Positions 1 to 8,313 of a stretch of 64,000 bases of DNA are shown in pieces (within the stretch, counting starts at the first letter, position 1; each line of letters begins with the position of its first letter). The stretch comes from an uncultured Gammaproteobacteria bacterium (GTDB taxonomy: Bacteria; Pseudomonadota; Gammaproteobacteria; Steroidobacterales; MnTg04), in contig CAZMOM010000009.1 of the NCBI GenBank assembly GCA_964568075.1, positions 22,016 through 86,015 on the forward strand. The letters are read 5' to 3'. The notes under the pieces are model-generated. The model worked only from the letters and a program-made list of their open reading frames with translations, made no database searches and was not told where the DNA came from. The position numbers were made by a program, and so were the translations under genes.

Positions 1-77
1 TGGAGCAGCAACAATGGATCGCCGCTACCGGTAACGTCACAGTAGATATTCTGACCGTTCAAACTGACAATCGGCAT
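1..77 (-). CDS. alpha/beta-fold hydrolase, N-terminal fragment (runs off window start)
   Basis: Not in ORF track. Manual translation from ATG at 77: MPIVSLNGQNIYCDVTGSGDPLLLLH, a typical a/b-hydrolase start (G-x-G-x-P-hydrophobic-LH). GGAG lies upstream of the ATG. Confidence 0.75.
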   Translation of the reverse strand, partial: MPIVSLNGQNIYCDVTGSGDPLLLL

Positions 78-149
78 CGCGGACTCCATTATCTGGCCGT
101 GGATGGACTTATCGTTAATAATGACCGCGGGCCAACCGAAACAGCAAGC

Positions 150-917
150 ATGACAATACTGCTCGAGTGTAAAAATCTGGATGTTTCCGTCGCCGGGCGC
201 TGCCTGGTCCGGTCGCTCGATCTCTCGTTGAGGTCCGGCCAGATGGTGTGCCTGCTTGGAGAAAATGGAACCGGAAAGACATCAACCTTGCACACGCTCG
301 CAGGTCTGTTGCCATCTGCGTCCGGCCAGGTTCTGGTGTCCGGCGAACCTTTGGAGCAGTGGCGCCGCAAGGAACTCGCCCGACACCTTGGTCTGCTGAT
401 GCAGGATCACGAAGATGCATTCCCGTCCAGGGTCATGGAGAGCGTATTGATTGGTCGGCATCCCTATCTCGGCCTGTTCGGCTGGGAAAGCCGCCAGGAT
501 GTCCGGCTTGCCGAAAATGCCCTGGACGAAATGGGGCTTGCCGGACTGGAGGAAAGGGCGATCGACACGTTGTCCGGCGGCGAGCGACGCAGACTGGCCA
601 TCGCAACCTTGTGGGTGCAAGACCCCGGAATCCTGCTGCTGGACGAACCGATTAATCATCTTGACCCAAGGCACCAGTTGCGGATTCTAAAACAGTTGCG
701 ATCATTGGCGGAACGGGGAAAAACGGTGCTGGCAAGCTTGCACGATATCAACCTGGCCCGGCGATTTTTTAATCAGGCTTTGTTATTGACCGGCGATGGT
801 GAATGGCAATTTGGTCCTGTCGATGCGGTACTGAACACGGGCAACCTAGAACAAATTTTCCACACGCCGTTTACCGCCGTGCCGCACGCCGACGGCGAAT
901 ACATTATCGCCGACTGA
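150..917 (+). CDS. ABC transporter ATP-binding subunit, cobalamin/iron-siderophore (BtuD/FecE-like)
   Basis: Walker A GENGTGKT, signature LSGGERRR, Walker B LLLDEP, H-loop LHD. Start re-called to ATG 150 because the longer track ORF abuts the divergent hydrolase. B12 specificity is inferred from nearby btuB/btuF. Confidence 0.85.
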   Translation: MTILLECKNLDVSVAGRCLVRSLDLSLRSGQMVCLLGENGTGKTSTLHTLAGLLPSASGQVLVSGEPLEQWRRKELARHLGLLMQDHEDAFPSRVMESVLIGRHPYLGLFGWESRQDVRLAENALDEMGLAGLEERAIDTLSGGERRRLAIATLWVQDPGILLLDEPINHLDPRHQLRILKQLRSLAERGKTVLASLHDINLARRFFNQALLLTGDGEWQFGPVDAVLNTGNLEQIFHTPFTAVPHADGEYIIAD

Positions 918-933
918 TCAGCCGGTCTGTGCC

Positions 934-1716
934 TCAGGGCAGCGCAATCTGCCCCTGCAAATAAACCACTGCCTGGCCGGCAACACCGACACGATCGCCC
1001 CGCATCTTACAGAGCAAATACCCGCCGCGTGCCGATATCTGGCGGGCGGTCATTTGAGTCTTGTTCAACCGTTCCGCCCAATATGGCGTCAACATGCAAT
1101 GGGCCGACCCGGTTACCGGATCCTCATTGATGCCGGCCTGCGGCGCAAAAAATCGCGAGACGAAATCTACATCGACACCCGGTGCCGTTGCAATCACTCC
1201 GATCCGATCGAGCGCGGCTATCGTGACGAAGTCGGGCTCCAATTCCAGGACTTGCTGTGCGGTTTCGAGGACAGCGAAATAATAACTGCCCACCCTCCAT
1301 TCGAGCGGCTCACAGCCCAGACTTTTAATCAGCGCGGGTGTCGCGTCGATGGCCTCTCCCGGATCGGCCGGAAAGTCCAGCTCATACCATCCGTCGTCGT
1401 AGGAAACTCCCAACGGGCCACTGGCCGAATCGAAATTGATCTGATTGCGGCCCGGCTCGAGAAATTCGCGTATGACCACGGCCGAAGCAACGGTCGCGTG
1501 ACCACAAAGAGGTACTTCATACGCAGGAGTAAACCAGCGAATCTGGTATTCGCCATCGCCGCCGACCAGAAAAGCCGTTTCCGACAGATTATTTTCCCTG
1601 GCAAGAGCCAGCATCACGTCGTCCGGTAACCATTCCTCGAGCGGGCATACCGCGGCCTGGTTGCCTGTTAATAACTCGTTGGTAAATGCATCAACCTGAT
1701 AAATAGGTATTGTCAC
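934..1716 (-). CDS. PhzF family phenazine biosynthesis-like isomerase/epimerase
   Basis: QVDAFT..GNQAAV, ENNLSETAF, EVPLCGHAT and EDPVTGSAH motifs. GTG start overlaps the upstream TGA. Confidence 0.9.
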   Translation of the reverse strand: MTIPIYQVDAFTNELLTGNQAAVCPLEEWLPDDVMLALARENNLSETAFLVGGDGEYQIRWFTPAYEVPLCGHATVASAVVIREFLEPGRNQINFDSASGPLGVSYDDGWYELDFPADPGEAIDATPALIKSLGCEPLEWRVGSYYFAVLETAQQVLELEPDFVTIAALDRIGVIATAPGVDVDFVSRFFAPQAGINEDPVTGSAHCMLTPYWAERLNKTQMTARQISARGGYLLCKMRGDRVGVAGQAVVYLQGQIALP

Positions 1717-2468
1717 AGGAACTCCCCGGCAAGCTGATGTAACCGTCCGTTACTGGCCAGCACGCTTGTGGTGTCGAGCCCCACGGATTCACCGTTCAGA
1801 TCGGTGAAACGGCCGCCGGCCTGCTCGACGATAACATGCAGTGCGGCTATATCGAGAATATTGACGTCGGACTCGACAACCAGGTCGATCCGGCCCGATG
1901 CCAACAGATGGTAATGATAAAAATCTCCATAGCCACGACCGCGATCGACTGTCGCCAACAACCGGCCAAAGCCATCCCAGCGCTCGCTGGCTGCCAGGCT
2001 GGCAATATTCCCGGAAGACAGGGACGCGTCGGCCAGATCATTACACGCACTGACCTCGATCCGCTCACCGTTCAGCCAAGCGCCCAGGCCCTGGGCTGCC
2101 CAGGCCTGTTCGCCAAACCACGGTGCGTTGGAAACACCGACGACCAGCTCGCCACGGTACATCAGGGCGATCTGGGTCGAAAAAAACGGGTAATTTCGGA
2201 TAAAACTTTTGGTTCCATCGATCGGGTCGACCAACCATAAAAAATCGCCGCCTCCGCTGCGGCCGGTTTCTTCGCCAAAAAAACCGTGGTCCGGATATCG
2301 TTTTGAAATGATCCCGTGAATCACTTCTTCAGCCCTCCGATCTGCTTCAGTCACCGGCGAACGGTCGGACTTGAGGCTGACGTCAAGCGTTCCCCTGTAA
2401 TGATGGCTGATGATTTCCGCTGCCGCGTTGGCCGCTTCCCGCGCAGTTTCGACAAAATCTCCGAACAT
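1713..2468 (-). CDS. inositol monophosphatase family protein, probable histidinol-phosphatase (HisN-like)
   Basis: GEE, DPIDGTKSF and DIAA metal-binding motifs. ATG 2468 preferred because a TAGAAT -10 lies just upstream; the track start of 2528 is an alternative. Confidence 0.8.
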   Translation of the reverse strand: MFGDFVETAREAANAAAEIISHHYRGTLDVSLKSDRSPVTEADRRAEEVIHGIISKRYPDHGFFGEETGRSGGGDFLWLVDPIDGTKSFIRNYPFFSTQIALMYRGELVVGVSNAPWFGEQAWAAQGLGAWLNGERIEVSACNDLADASLSSGNIASLAASERWDGFGRLLATVDRGRGYGDFYHYHLLASGRIDLVVESDVNILDIAALHVIVEQAGGRFTDLNGESVGLDTTSVLASNGRLHQLAGEFL

Positions 2469-2546
2469 TGATAAACGCCCATTAACCGAATGGCCGCATT
2501 CTATATCAGCTGAGTTGCTCTCCGCCAAACAACATCACGAGCACGC

Positions 2547-2576
2547 TTGACAGTGCCGGTGGCGCAAACATAAAGT
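2547..2576 (+). promoter_or_regulatory. sigma70-type promoter for riboswitch-btuB transcript
   Basis: TTGACA (2547-2552), 18 nt spacer, TAAAGT (2571-2576). The predicted start site coincides with the riboswitch 5' end. Confidence 0.7.
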
Positions 2577-2582
2577 GCGGGC

Positions 2583-2785
2583 TCCATCTGGTGCAGGCAG
2601 CGTGGCTGCCCGGGAAGCCGGTGCACTGATCTCTGGATTCAGTTATTCCGGCACTGCCCCCGCAACGGTGATCGAGTCAAACTTTATCATCACGGCTGGA
2701 TCGTGAATCCACTGCGTTTTGGCGCGGGAAGGAGATAAAGCCGGCGTTTTACGCCCCTCGTCAGTCCGGAGACCGACCCGATGAT
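2583..2785 (+). ncRNA. cobalamin (AdoCbl) riboswitch
   Basis: Conserved blocks in the correct order: P2 GGCAGC/GCTGCC, GGGAA-GCCGGTG...CCGGC, CTGCCCCCGCAACGGT, CCACTG...GGGAAGG, AGTCCGGAGACC. Directly upstream of btuB. Confidence 0.93.
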
Positions 2786-2899
2786 CAACACACCGACGCC
2801 GCGGAGGGCAAAGCGTCACTGGGTCTATTTCCCTGCCTCCCCCACGGATCGGTGTCTTTCTGGTCTCAATCACCGCGGGTGCGTGGTAAGGAGCCGACG

Positions 2900-4711
2900 A
2901 TGAAATTCCTGTATCCAATTGCTGTGGTAGCAACAGTACTCCCACAATCCGTTTTCGCTTGTTGTGACGACGACAAGTCCGTTTTGCAACCGCTGGTGGT
3001 AACGGCCACTCGCGAAGAGCAGGCCATTGAGCGAACGCTTGCCCCGATCCTGGTCATAAACCGCGAAGAAATAGAACTCAGTCTGGCCAGAGACCTCGCC
3101 GATTTATTGCGTTTTCATGCCGGTCTCGAAATCGCCCGGAATGGCGGGACCGGGAAAACCACCTCTTTGTTTGTCCGCGGCACAGACAGTAATCACGTCA
3201 TGGTCATGATTGACGGCGTAAAAATAAATCCGGGAACCATCGGTGGTGCTGCAATACAAAATATCCGCCCTGACATGATCCAGCGCATCGAGGTCATCAA
3301 GGGACCGCGGTCGAGTCTGTACGGCTCGGACGCGATTGGCGGCGTGATCAATATTATCACGCGCAGCACGGATCGTAATTATGAACTCAGCACCGGCGGC
3401 GGACACTTTGGCACGCGTGCTGGCAGCGCGATGATGGCCTGGCGGGGTGCCGGAAAATCTTTACAAGCGACGTTCAGCCGATTTGCGACAGACGGATTTC
3501 CGATTATGGCCGGCGGCACGATCGATCGCGGCTATGACAACAACACTGCCAGGATTCAGGCGGGCACCCGAGTGGGAGCGGCCGATCTTGGTTTCGCCTT
3601 CTGGCAGGCTTCGGGAACCAGTGAATACATGGATTTCCTTGGCACGCCGGTCAGCCAGGATTACCGAAACCGGACGACTTCAGTGACACTGGGCATGACG
3701 CCTGGCCAAAACTGGTCCAGCCGGCTGGTGGTAGCGCGAATCTCCGATGTGATTAGGCAAAATGACAGCGCGGACTATGTTCAGACCGACCGATCTACGC
3801 TGGACTGGTATAACAGCCTGGCAGTCAGCGACACACAGCGGCTTTCGGCGGGACTTTACCTATCGCGAGAGAACGCCGAGACCCTGTCGTTTGGATCCGG
3901 CTTCGACCGGGACCGGGACGACCAGGCCGTCTACGTTCAGGACCAGCTTAGCCTCGGAGATCATCAATTGTTGCTGGCTGCGCGGTTCAGCAATTTCGAC
4001 AGCTTCGGCAATATCACGACCTGGAACGCCGAGTACGGATTTCTGGCCGGCGGGCGACTGATGTTGACGGCATCTGCCGGTACCGGTTTTCGCGCGCCGG
4101 ACGCCACTGATCTGTTTGGGTTCGGTGGCAATCCTGATCTATTCGCGGAAGAGTCGGAAAACTTCGAGCTTGGCATTCGCTGGCTGATTAGTCAGAACAG
4201 CAGCGTGACATTGCACGCGTTTGACAACCGGATCGATAACCTTATCCAGTTTGTGATTTTCGACCCGATGACTTTTGCCGGCCAGAACCAGAATGTCTCG
4301 AAAGCCAGAATCAAAGGAATAGAAGCCACCTGGCGTCTCCGGAATAACGACTGGGACCTGCACAGCAGCGTTATCGTGCAGGATCCGAGAAACATCAGCG
4401 ACGACCAGCAGTTGTTGCGCCGATCAAAAAGAAGCGTGACGGCCGGGATCACCCGCCACCAGGGTGCATTTGATCTGGGAATCAATGTGCTGACAACAGA
4501 CGCGAGAAAGGATTTTGGATTCCCATCCGCTATTGATCTCGGCGGATACACGCTGGTCAATTTGCATAGCCGGTACCGCTTCAGCGAGCAGTGGCAAGTG
4601 CGCCTGAAAGTTGAAAACCTGCTAAATAAGGATTATCAGACAGCTTTTGGTTTTAACAGCTCTGAACGGGCTGCGTTCGTCACGGTAGACTACCTGGTGC
4701 CGGCCAAATAA
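2900..4711 (+). CDS. btuB: TonB-dependent vitamin B12 receptor
   Basis: Signal peptide, TonB box (LVVTATR), plug motifs (RGTDSNHVMVMIDGV, IQRIEVIKGPRSSLYGSDAIGGVINIIT), beta-barrel repeats. Follows a B12 riboswitch. AAGGAG RBS before ATG 2900. Confidence 0.9.
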   Translation: MKFLYPIAVVATVLPQSVFACCDDDKSVLQPLVVTATREEQAIERTLAPILVINREEIELSLARDLADLLRFHAGLEIARNGGTGKTTSLFVRGTDSNHVMVMIDGVKINPGTIGGAAIQNIRPDMIQRIEVIKGPRSSLYGSDAIGGVINIITRSTDRNYELSTGGGHFGTRAGSAMMAWRGAGKSLQATFSRFATDGFPIMAGGTIDRGYDNNTARIQAGTRVGAADLGFAFWQASGTSEYMDFLGTPVSQDYRNRTTSVTLGMTPGQNWSSRLVVARISDVIRQNDSADYVQTDRSTLDWYNSLAVSDTQRLSAGLYLSRENAETLSFGSGFDRDRDDQAVYVQDQLSLGDHQLLLAARFSNFDSFGNITTWNAEYGFLAGGRLMLTASAGTGFRAPDATDLFGFGGNPDLFAEESENFELGIRWLISQNSSVTLHAFDNRIDNLIQFVIFDPMTFAGQNQNVSKARIKGIEATWRLRNNDWDLHSSVIVQDPRNISDDQQLLRRSKRSVTAGITRHQGAFDLGINVLTTDARKDFGFPSAIDLGGYTLVNLHSRYRFSEQWQVRLKVENLLNKDYQTAFGFNSSERAAFVTVDYLVPAK

Positions 4712-4735
4712 GGTCGGCGCGAGGGGGAGCGATCA

Positions 4736-5290
4736 ATGGGGCACCGCCTGAGCAAAATCTATACCCGCACCGGCGATAAGGGTACGACCGGTTTGGGCGA
4801 TGGCGAACGGGTCAGTAAGGATCATGCGCGCGTGGAAGCGTGCGGCTGCGTGGATGAAACCAACAGCTCGATTGGGGTGGTATTGGCGATCGACGGTCTG
4901 CCGCAGGACGTGCACGCGTGCCTGACCGATGTTCAGCATGACTTGTTCGATCTTGGCGGCGAGTTGTGTATTCCCGGTCACCAGGCGATCACCGATGACT
5001 ACATCGATCGGCTGGAGGACCGGCTGGATCACTTCAATGAAGATCTGCCAGCCCTGAAGGAATTCATATTACCGGGCGGTGGACCCGCGGCAGCCGCCTG
5101 CCATCTGGCGCGAACGATCTGTCGACGCGCTGAACGTCGTGTCGTCAGCCTCGCGTCGGCTGAAGACAATATCCGACCTCAGGCGGTACAATATCTGAAC
5201 CGCTTGTCGGACCTTTTGTTCGTTATCGCGAGAGTTCTGGCCAGGCACGAGCAAGGCAGCGAGATACTTTGGCAAAGGGACCGCGACTAA
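4736..5290 (+). CDS. pduO: PduO-type ATP:cob(I)alamin adenosyltransferase
   Basis: KIYTRTGDKGTTGL, ETNSSIG, RTICRRAER and YLNRLSDLLF signature motifs. Confidence 0.92.
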   Translation: MGHRLSKIYTRTGDKGTTGLGDGERVSKDHARVEACGCVDETNSSIGVVLAIDGLPQDVHACLTDVQHDLFDLGGELCIPGHQAITDDYIDRLEDRLDHFNEDLPALKEFILPGGGPAAAACHLARTICRRAERRVVSLASAEDNIRPQAVQYLNRLSDLLFVIARVLARHEQGSEILWQRDRD

Positions 5291-5291
5291 T

Positions 5292-6173
5292 TTATCGCAT
5301 AAGCGCTTCGGCCAGGTTACCGCGCGCCTGGTCCAGTGCATGACAAACCTGCGCCGCGCCATCTGCCAGTCTGGGGCCCGCGCGTTCCAGCAGTTCCGAA
5401 TCGAGAATAAACAGGTTGCCGAGACTGACTGCCTTCATCTGGGGATAGTTGTGCCAGGATTCCAGAGGATTGCCGTTCCCCACGCTCCCGGAAAGAATGA
5501 CTTGAGGGTTGCGCAACAGCACGGATTCCATACTGACCGCAGGAGCCAATGCGTCCAGATCGGAAAAAATATTCTTCCCGCCGCACAACGAAATAACTTC
5601 GCTGATTATCTGTTGACCGCCAACGGTAAATAGCGGACGCGCCGAGATTTGATAAAAGACACTAACGAGCGGTTTATTCGCATTGGTGGCTCGCAGTTCG
5701 TCGATGCTCGCCAGGTAATCCACGGCCGCTCTTTCCGCCTGCTCGGTACGCTCCGTCAGCTTGCCGATCAGCCTCAGTTGTACTGCGACTGATTCAATGC
5801 CATCCACTCCCAACTCAATTACCCGGTACCCATCCTGGCGCAGGAACTGGAGCAATGAATCGGGATTCCCCCCCGACCAGGCCAGCAGGAGGTCCGGGTT
5901 CAAAGTGGCGAGCATCTCCGCATCCACCCGATACGCATCACCGATCCGCGGAACATTGTTGGCCTGATCCGGGTAATCGCTGTACTCGACCGTGCCGACC
6001 AGCAAATCGCCGGCGCCTGCGACAAAGACAAGCTCCGCCAGATGCGGAGCCAGTGTGACGATGCGCTGGGGCGGCCCGGCCTGCGGGTTCTTTATTTTTT
6101 CTTTTTGCTGGTTCTCACATCCGGCGAACGCCAGCATCAGTAATCCGGCTGCAACACAACGCCCGGCTTTCAT
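5292..6173 (-). CDS. btuF: periplasmic cobalamin-binding lipoprotein (BtuF-like)
   Basis: Lipobox FAGC. RIVTLAPHLAELVF..GAG, VGTVEYSDYP and ERAGPRL motifs of class III (helical-backbone) binding proteins. Confidence 0.8.
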   Translation of the reverse strand: MKAGRCVAAGLLMLAFAGCENQQKEKIKNPQAGPPQRIVTLAPHLAELVFVAGAGDLLVGTVEYSDYPDQANNVPRIGDAYRVDAEMLATLNPDLLLAWSGGNPDSLLQFLRQDGYRVIELGVDGIESVAVQLRLIGKLTERTEQAERAAVDYLASIDELRATNANKPLVSVFYQISARPLFTVGGQQIISEVISLCGGKNIFSDLDALAPAVSMESVLLRNPQVILSGSVGNGNPLESWHNYPQMKAVSLGNLFILDSELLERAGPRLADGAAQVCHALDQARGNLAEALMR

Positions 6174-6181
6174 TTACCGAA

Positions 6182-7096
6182 TCAAACCGCCAGGCCCAGT
6201 AGCGTCAGCACAGCAATACCGAAAACCCAAACGAACAAAGCGCGGCGAATCAGCCTGATCGCGGCCCGGGCCGCACAGCTTTGCGGATCATCGTCGACCA
6301 TGTCGTCACGAATCTGCTCCAATGCCCCCTGGCCAACGATCGCTACCATCTCTCTGGTTCTCTGGAAAAACCGGATGTCGCGGCGCCGTTGCGCAGCGTA
6401 TCCGCGCCAGGCAGAGAAAGCTCCGTCAAAACTGCCGGCGATGGCATACCCAACCGCCAGCAACCGTGCGGGAATCCAGGCCAGCAGGCCATGTATCCAG
6501 CTCAGGGGATCTCCCGCCTGCATGACCTCATCGCTACTTTCACCCTGCCGTGCTATTTCGAACGCTCTGCGCCGGCGAAACAGATCCACGACCCGAAACA
6601 TCCACGCGCCCACAGGCCCAAGCAGCATAAACCAGAATACGACAGCGAAAATTCTGTTAAGCGCCTGAACCAGCACAGCATCTTCCAACGCAAGCTCCCT
6701 TTCTCCGGGGTCGCGAGGCAAATCACTCTCGGTCAGTTCCTTGGCGCTGCGGCTGGCTTCCTCTTCGTCCCCACTGCGACGAGCTTTACAAAACGCCGTT
6801 ACCTCTTGCTGCAGGTCCCGCGGACCCAGACTGAAAATCAGCAGGACGATCGCAAATGCGACATAAGGGACTCCCAGCAATACATCGCGGAAGGCAACCG
6901 TGATCGCCAGCACCGGCAACACCGGAAGCGAAATCAGGCCGATCATCACAATGGGTACCTGCCAGGTTTTGAGTTCACGCACACACCTGAGACACCAGTC
7001 AAAATATTGGTCCATCCAGCGCGGTTCACGAAGATGCAGCAATTGAGTGACCAGCCGCTCTATCAACAGGCCCAGGATTAACGCGATTAAATTCAT
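6182..7096 (-). CDS. ampE: AmpE-like inner-membrane protein (CobD/CbiB-related fold)
   Basis: Multiple TM segments, FAVVFWF..LGPVGA and WIPARLLA..YAIAGSF motifs. Immediately downstream of ampD. Confidence 0.8.
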   Translation of the reverse strand: MNLIALILGLLIERLVTQLLHLREPRWMDQYFDWCLRCVRELKTWQVPIVMIGLISLPVLPVLAITVAFRDVLLGVPYVAFAIVLLIFSLGPRDLQQEVTAFCKARRSGDEEEASRSAKELTESDLPRDPGERELALEDAVLVQALNRIFAVVFWFMLLGPVGAWMFRVVDLFRRRRAFEIARQGESSDEVMQAGDPLSWIHGLLAWIPARLLAVGYAIAGSFDGAFSAWRGYAAQRRRDIRFFQRTREMVAIVGQGALEQIRDDMVDDDPQSCAARAAIRLIRRALFVWVFGIAVLTLLGLAV

Positions 7097-7111
7097 TCGA
7101 TTCAGTGACCT

Positions 7112-7669
7112 TTACTTTGGATCACGCAAGATCCCTCTAAACTGTTTCCATTCAAAACCCGGCCCCGGGTCTTTCTTCCTCCCCGGTGCAATATCGCTGT
7201 GACCGGTAACGCGATCATCGCTCAGTTCAGGATATGCCTTGCACAGACACTTCACAACATCGGCGAGTCGCTGATACTGCGTCACTTCGTAACTACCGTC
7301 ATCAATCCCTTCCAGCTCGATCCCAATCGAAAAATCGTTACAAGCGGTTCTTCCGCAATAAGCAGAATCTCCCGCATGCCAGGCTCGCTCTTGAAATGGC
7401 ACAAATTGGATGATTTGGCCGTCTCGCCTGATCAACAAATGGGCCGACACCTTTTGCTGCCAGATTTCCTTGAAATACGGGTGCTCACCCGGTGGCAGCT
7501 CATTGCAGAAAAATTTCTCTATCCACGGCTCGCCATACTGGCCCGGTGGCAGACTGATACAGTGAATCACAATGAGTTCCGGCCGACAGTCTGCCGGTCT
7601 TTGATCGCGATTTGGCGATTCAATGTAGACGGCTTCATCAAGCAGCCCGGTATGAATATCGATTTTCAT
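7112..7669 (-). CDS. ampD: 1,6-anhydro-N-acetylmuramyl-L-alanine amidase
   Basis: SPNRDQRP, VIHCISLPPG, VSAHLLIRRDG, RAWHAG, NDFSIGIELEG and GHSDIAPGRKKDPG. Confidence 0.95.
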   Translation of the reverse strand: MKIDIHTGLLDEAVYIESPNRDQRPADCRPELIVIHCISLPPGQYGEPWIEKFFCNELPPGEHPYFKEIWQQKVSAHLLIRRDGQIIQFVPFQERAWHAGDSAYCGRTACNDFSIGIELEGIDDGSYEVTQYQRLADVVKCLCKAYPELSDDRVTGHSDIAPGRKKDPGPGFEWKQFRGILRDPK

Positions 7670-7845
7670 CGGGTCCGTTTTTCAATGACTCCCAACAGCA
7701 AGTTTGCCACAGCTTCGCCTGTGACGGACCCATGTTCGAACAGCCTGTCGGAAAAAAACCGGTATAGCGGTAATGTTTGACGGATTTGTTTTTGCTGATC
7801 TGCCACCCGAGTTCGGCGTCGATGAAAATCAACCGATGCACGTTT

Positions 7846-8313
7846 TCAGGCGATCACGGCGGTCACGATCATTTTCTCAAGTTTATCCAGATCGGGGACC
7901 AACGGGTGTTCATTAATCATGCGCAATTGGCAGAGGACCGGCGCATTTTTATTTCGCTTATCGTCAGGCTCAGTACTCAATACTCCCGGGTTTACTCTGA
8001 CCAGCTGTGGAAATCCCTGGCTGACGATGGCAAAACAGCCTCCGGGCATATCCCCGCCGGCCGCGTAAAAAATGACTATCCTGCTGCGCCTGCCGGTTTC
8101 AGGAATAGAGTCGCCACAACACCCTTCAAAAGATACGACCGGCACCAGCCTGCCATTCCAGCGAATCCCACCAAGGCACCAAGGTTGGTCACTATTCATT
8201 GGCTCCGGCCCGGAAAACCCGACCACCTCGGCAACGCATGCTCTCGGCACCAGCAATCTCTTCTCCGAGAGCGGTATCAGCAGGCTGTACAACTCCTGCA
8301 CCGGCTCATTCAT
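7846..8313 (-). CDS. chpC: CheW-like protein (ChpC)
   Basis: LLIPL..RLLVPRACVAEV and LGGIRWNGRLVPVVSFE. Last gene of the pil-chp operon. Confidence 0.8.
   Translation of the reverse strand: MNEPVQELYSLLIPLSEKRLLVPRACVAEVVGFSGPEPMNSDQPWCLGGIRWNGRLVPVVSFEGCCGDSIPETGRRSRIVIFYAAGGDMPGGCFAIVSQGFPQLVRVNPGVLSTEPDDKRNKNAPVLCQLRMINEHPLVPDLDKLEKMIVTAVIA

Noticed and set aside
3-149. Open frame extending the ABC ATPase upstream to the window edge
   Set aside because: It overlaps the better-supported minus-strand hydrolase (RBS plus recognisable N-terminus) and shows no permease-like hydrophobicity.
2945-2970. VFACC in BtuB as a possible lipobox
   Set aside because: Phe at -2 does not fit the lipobox, and BtuB is normally SPase I processed.
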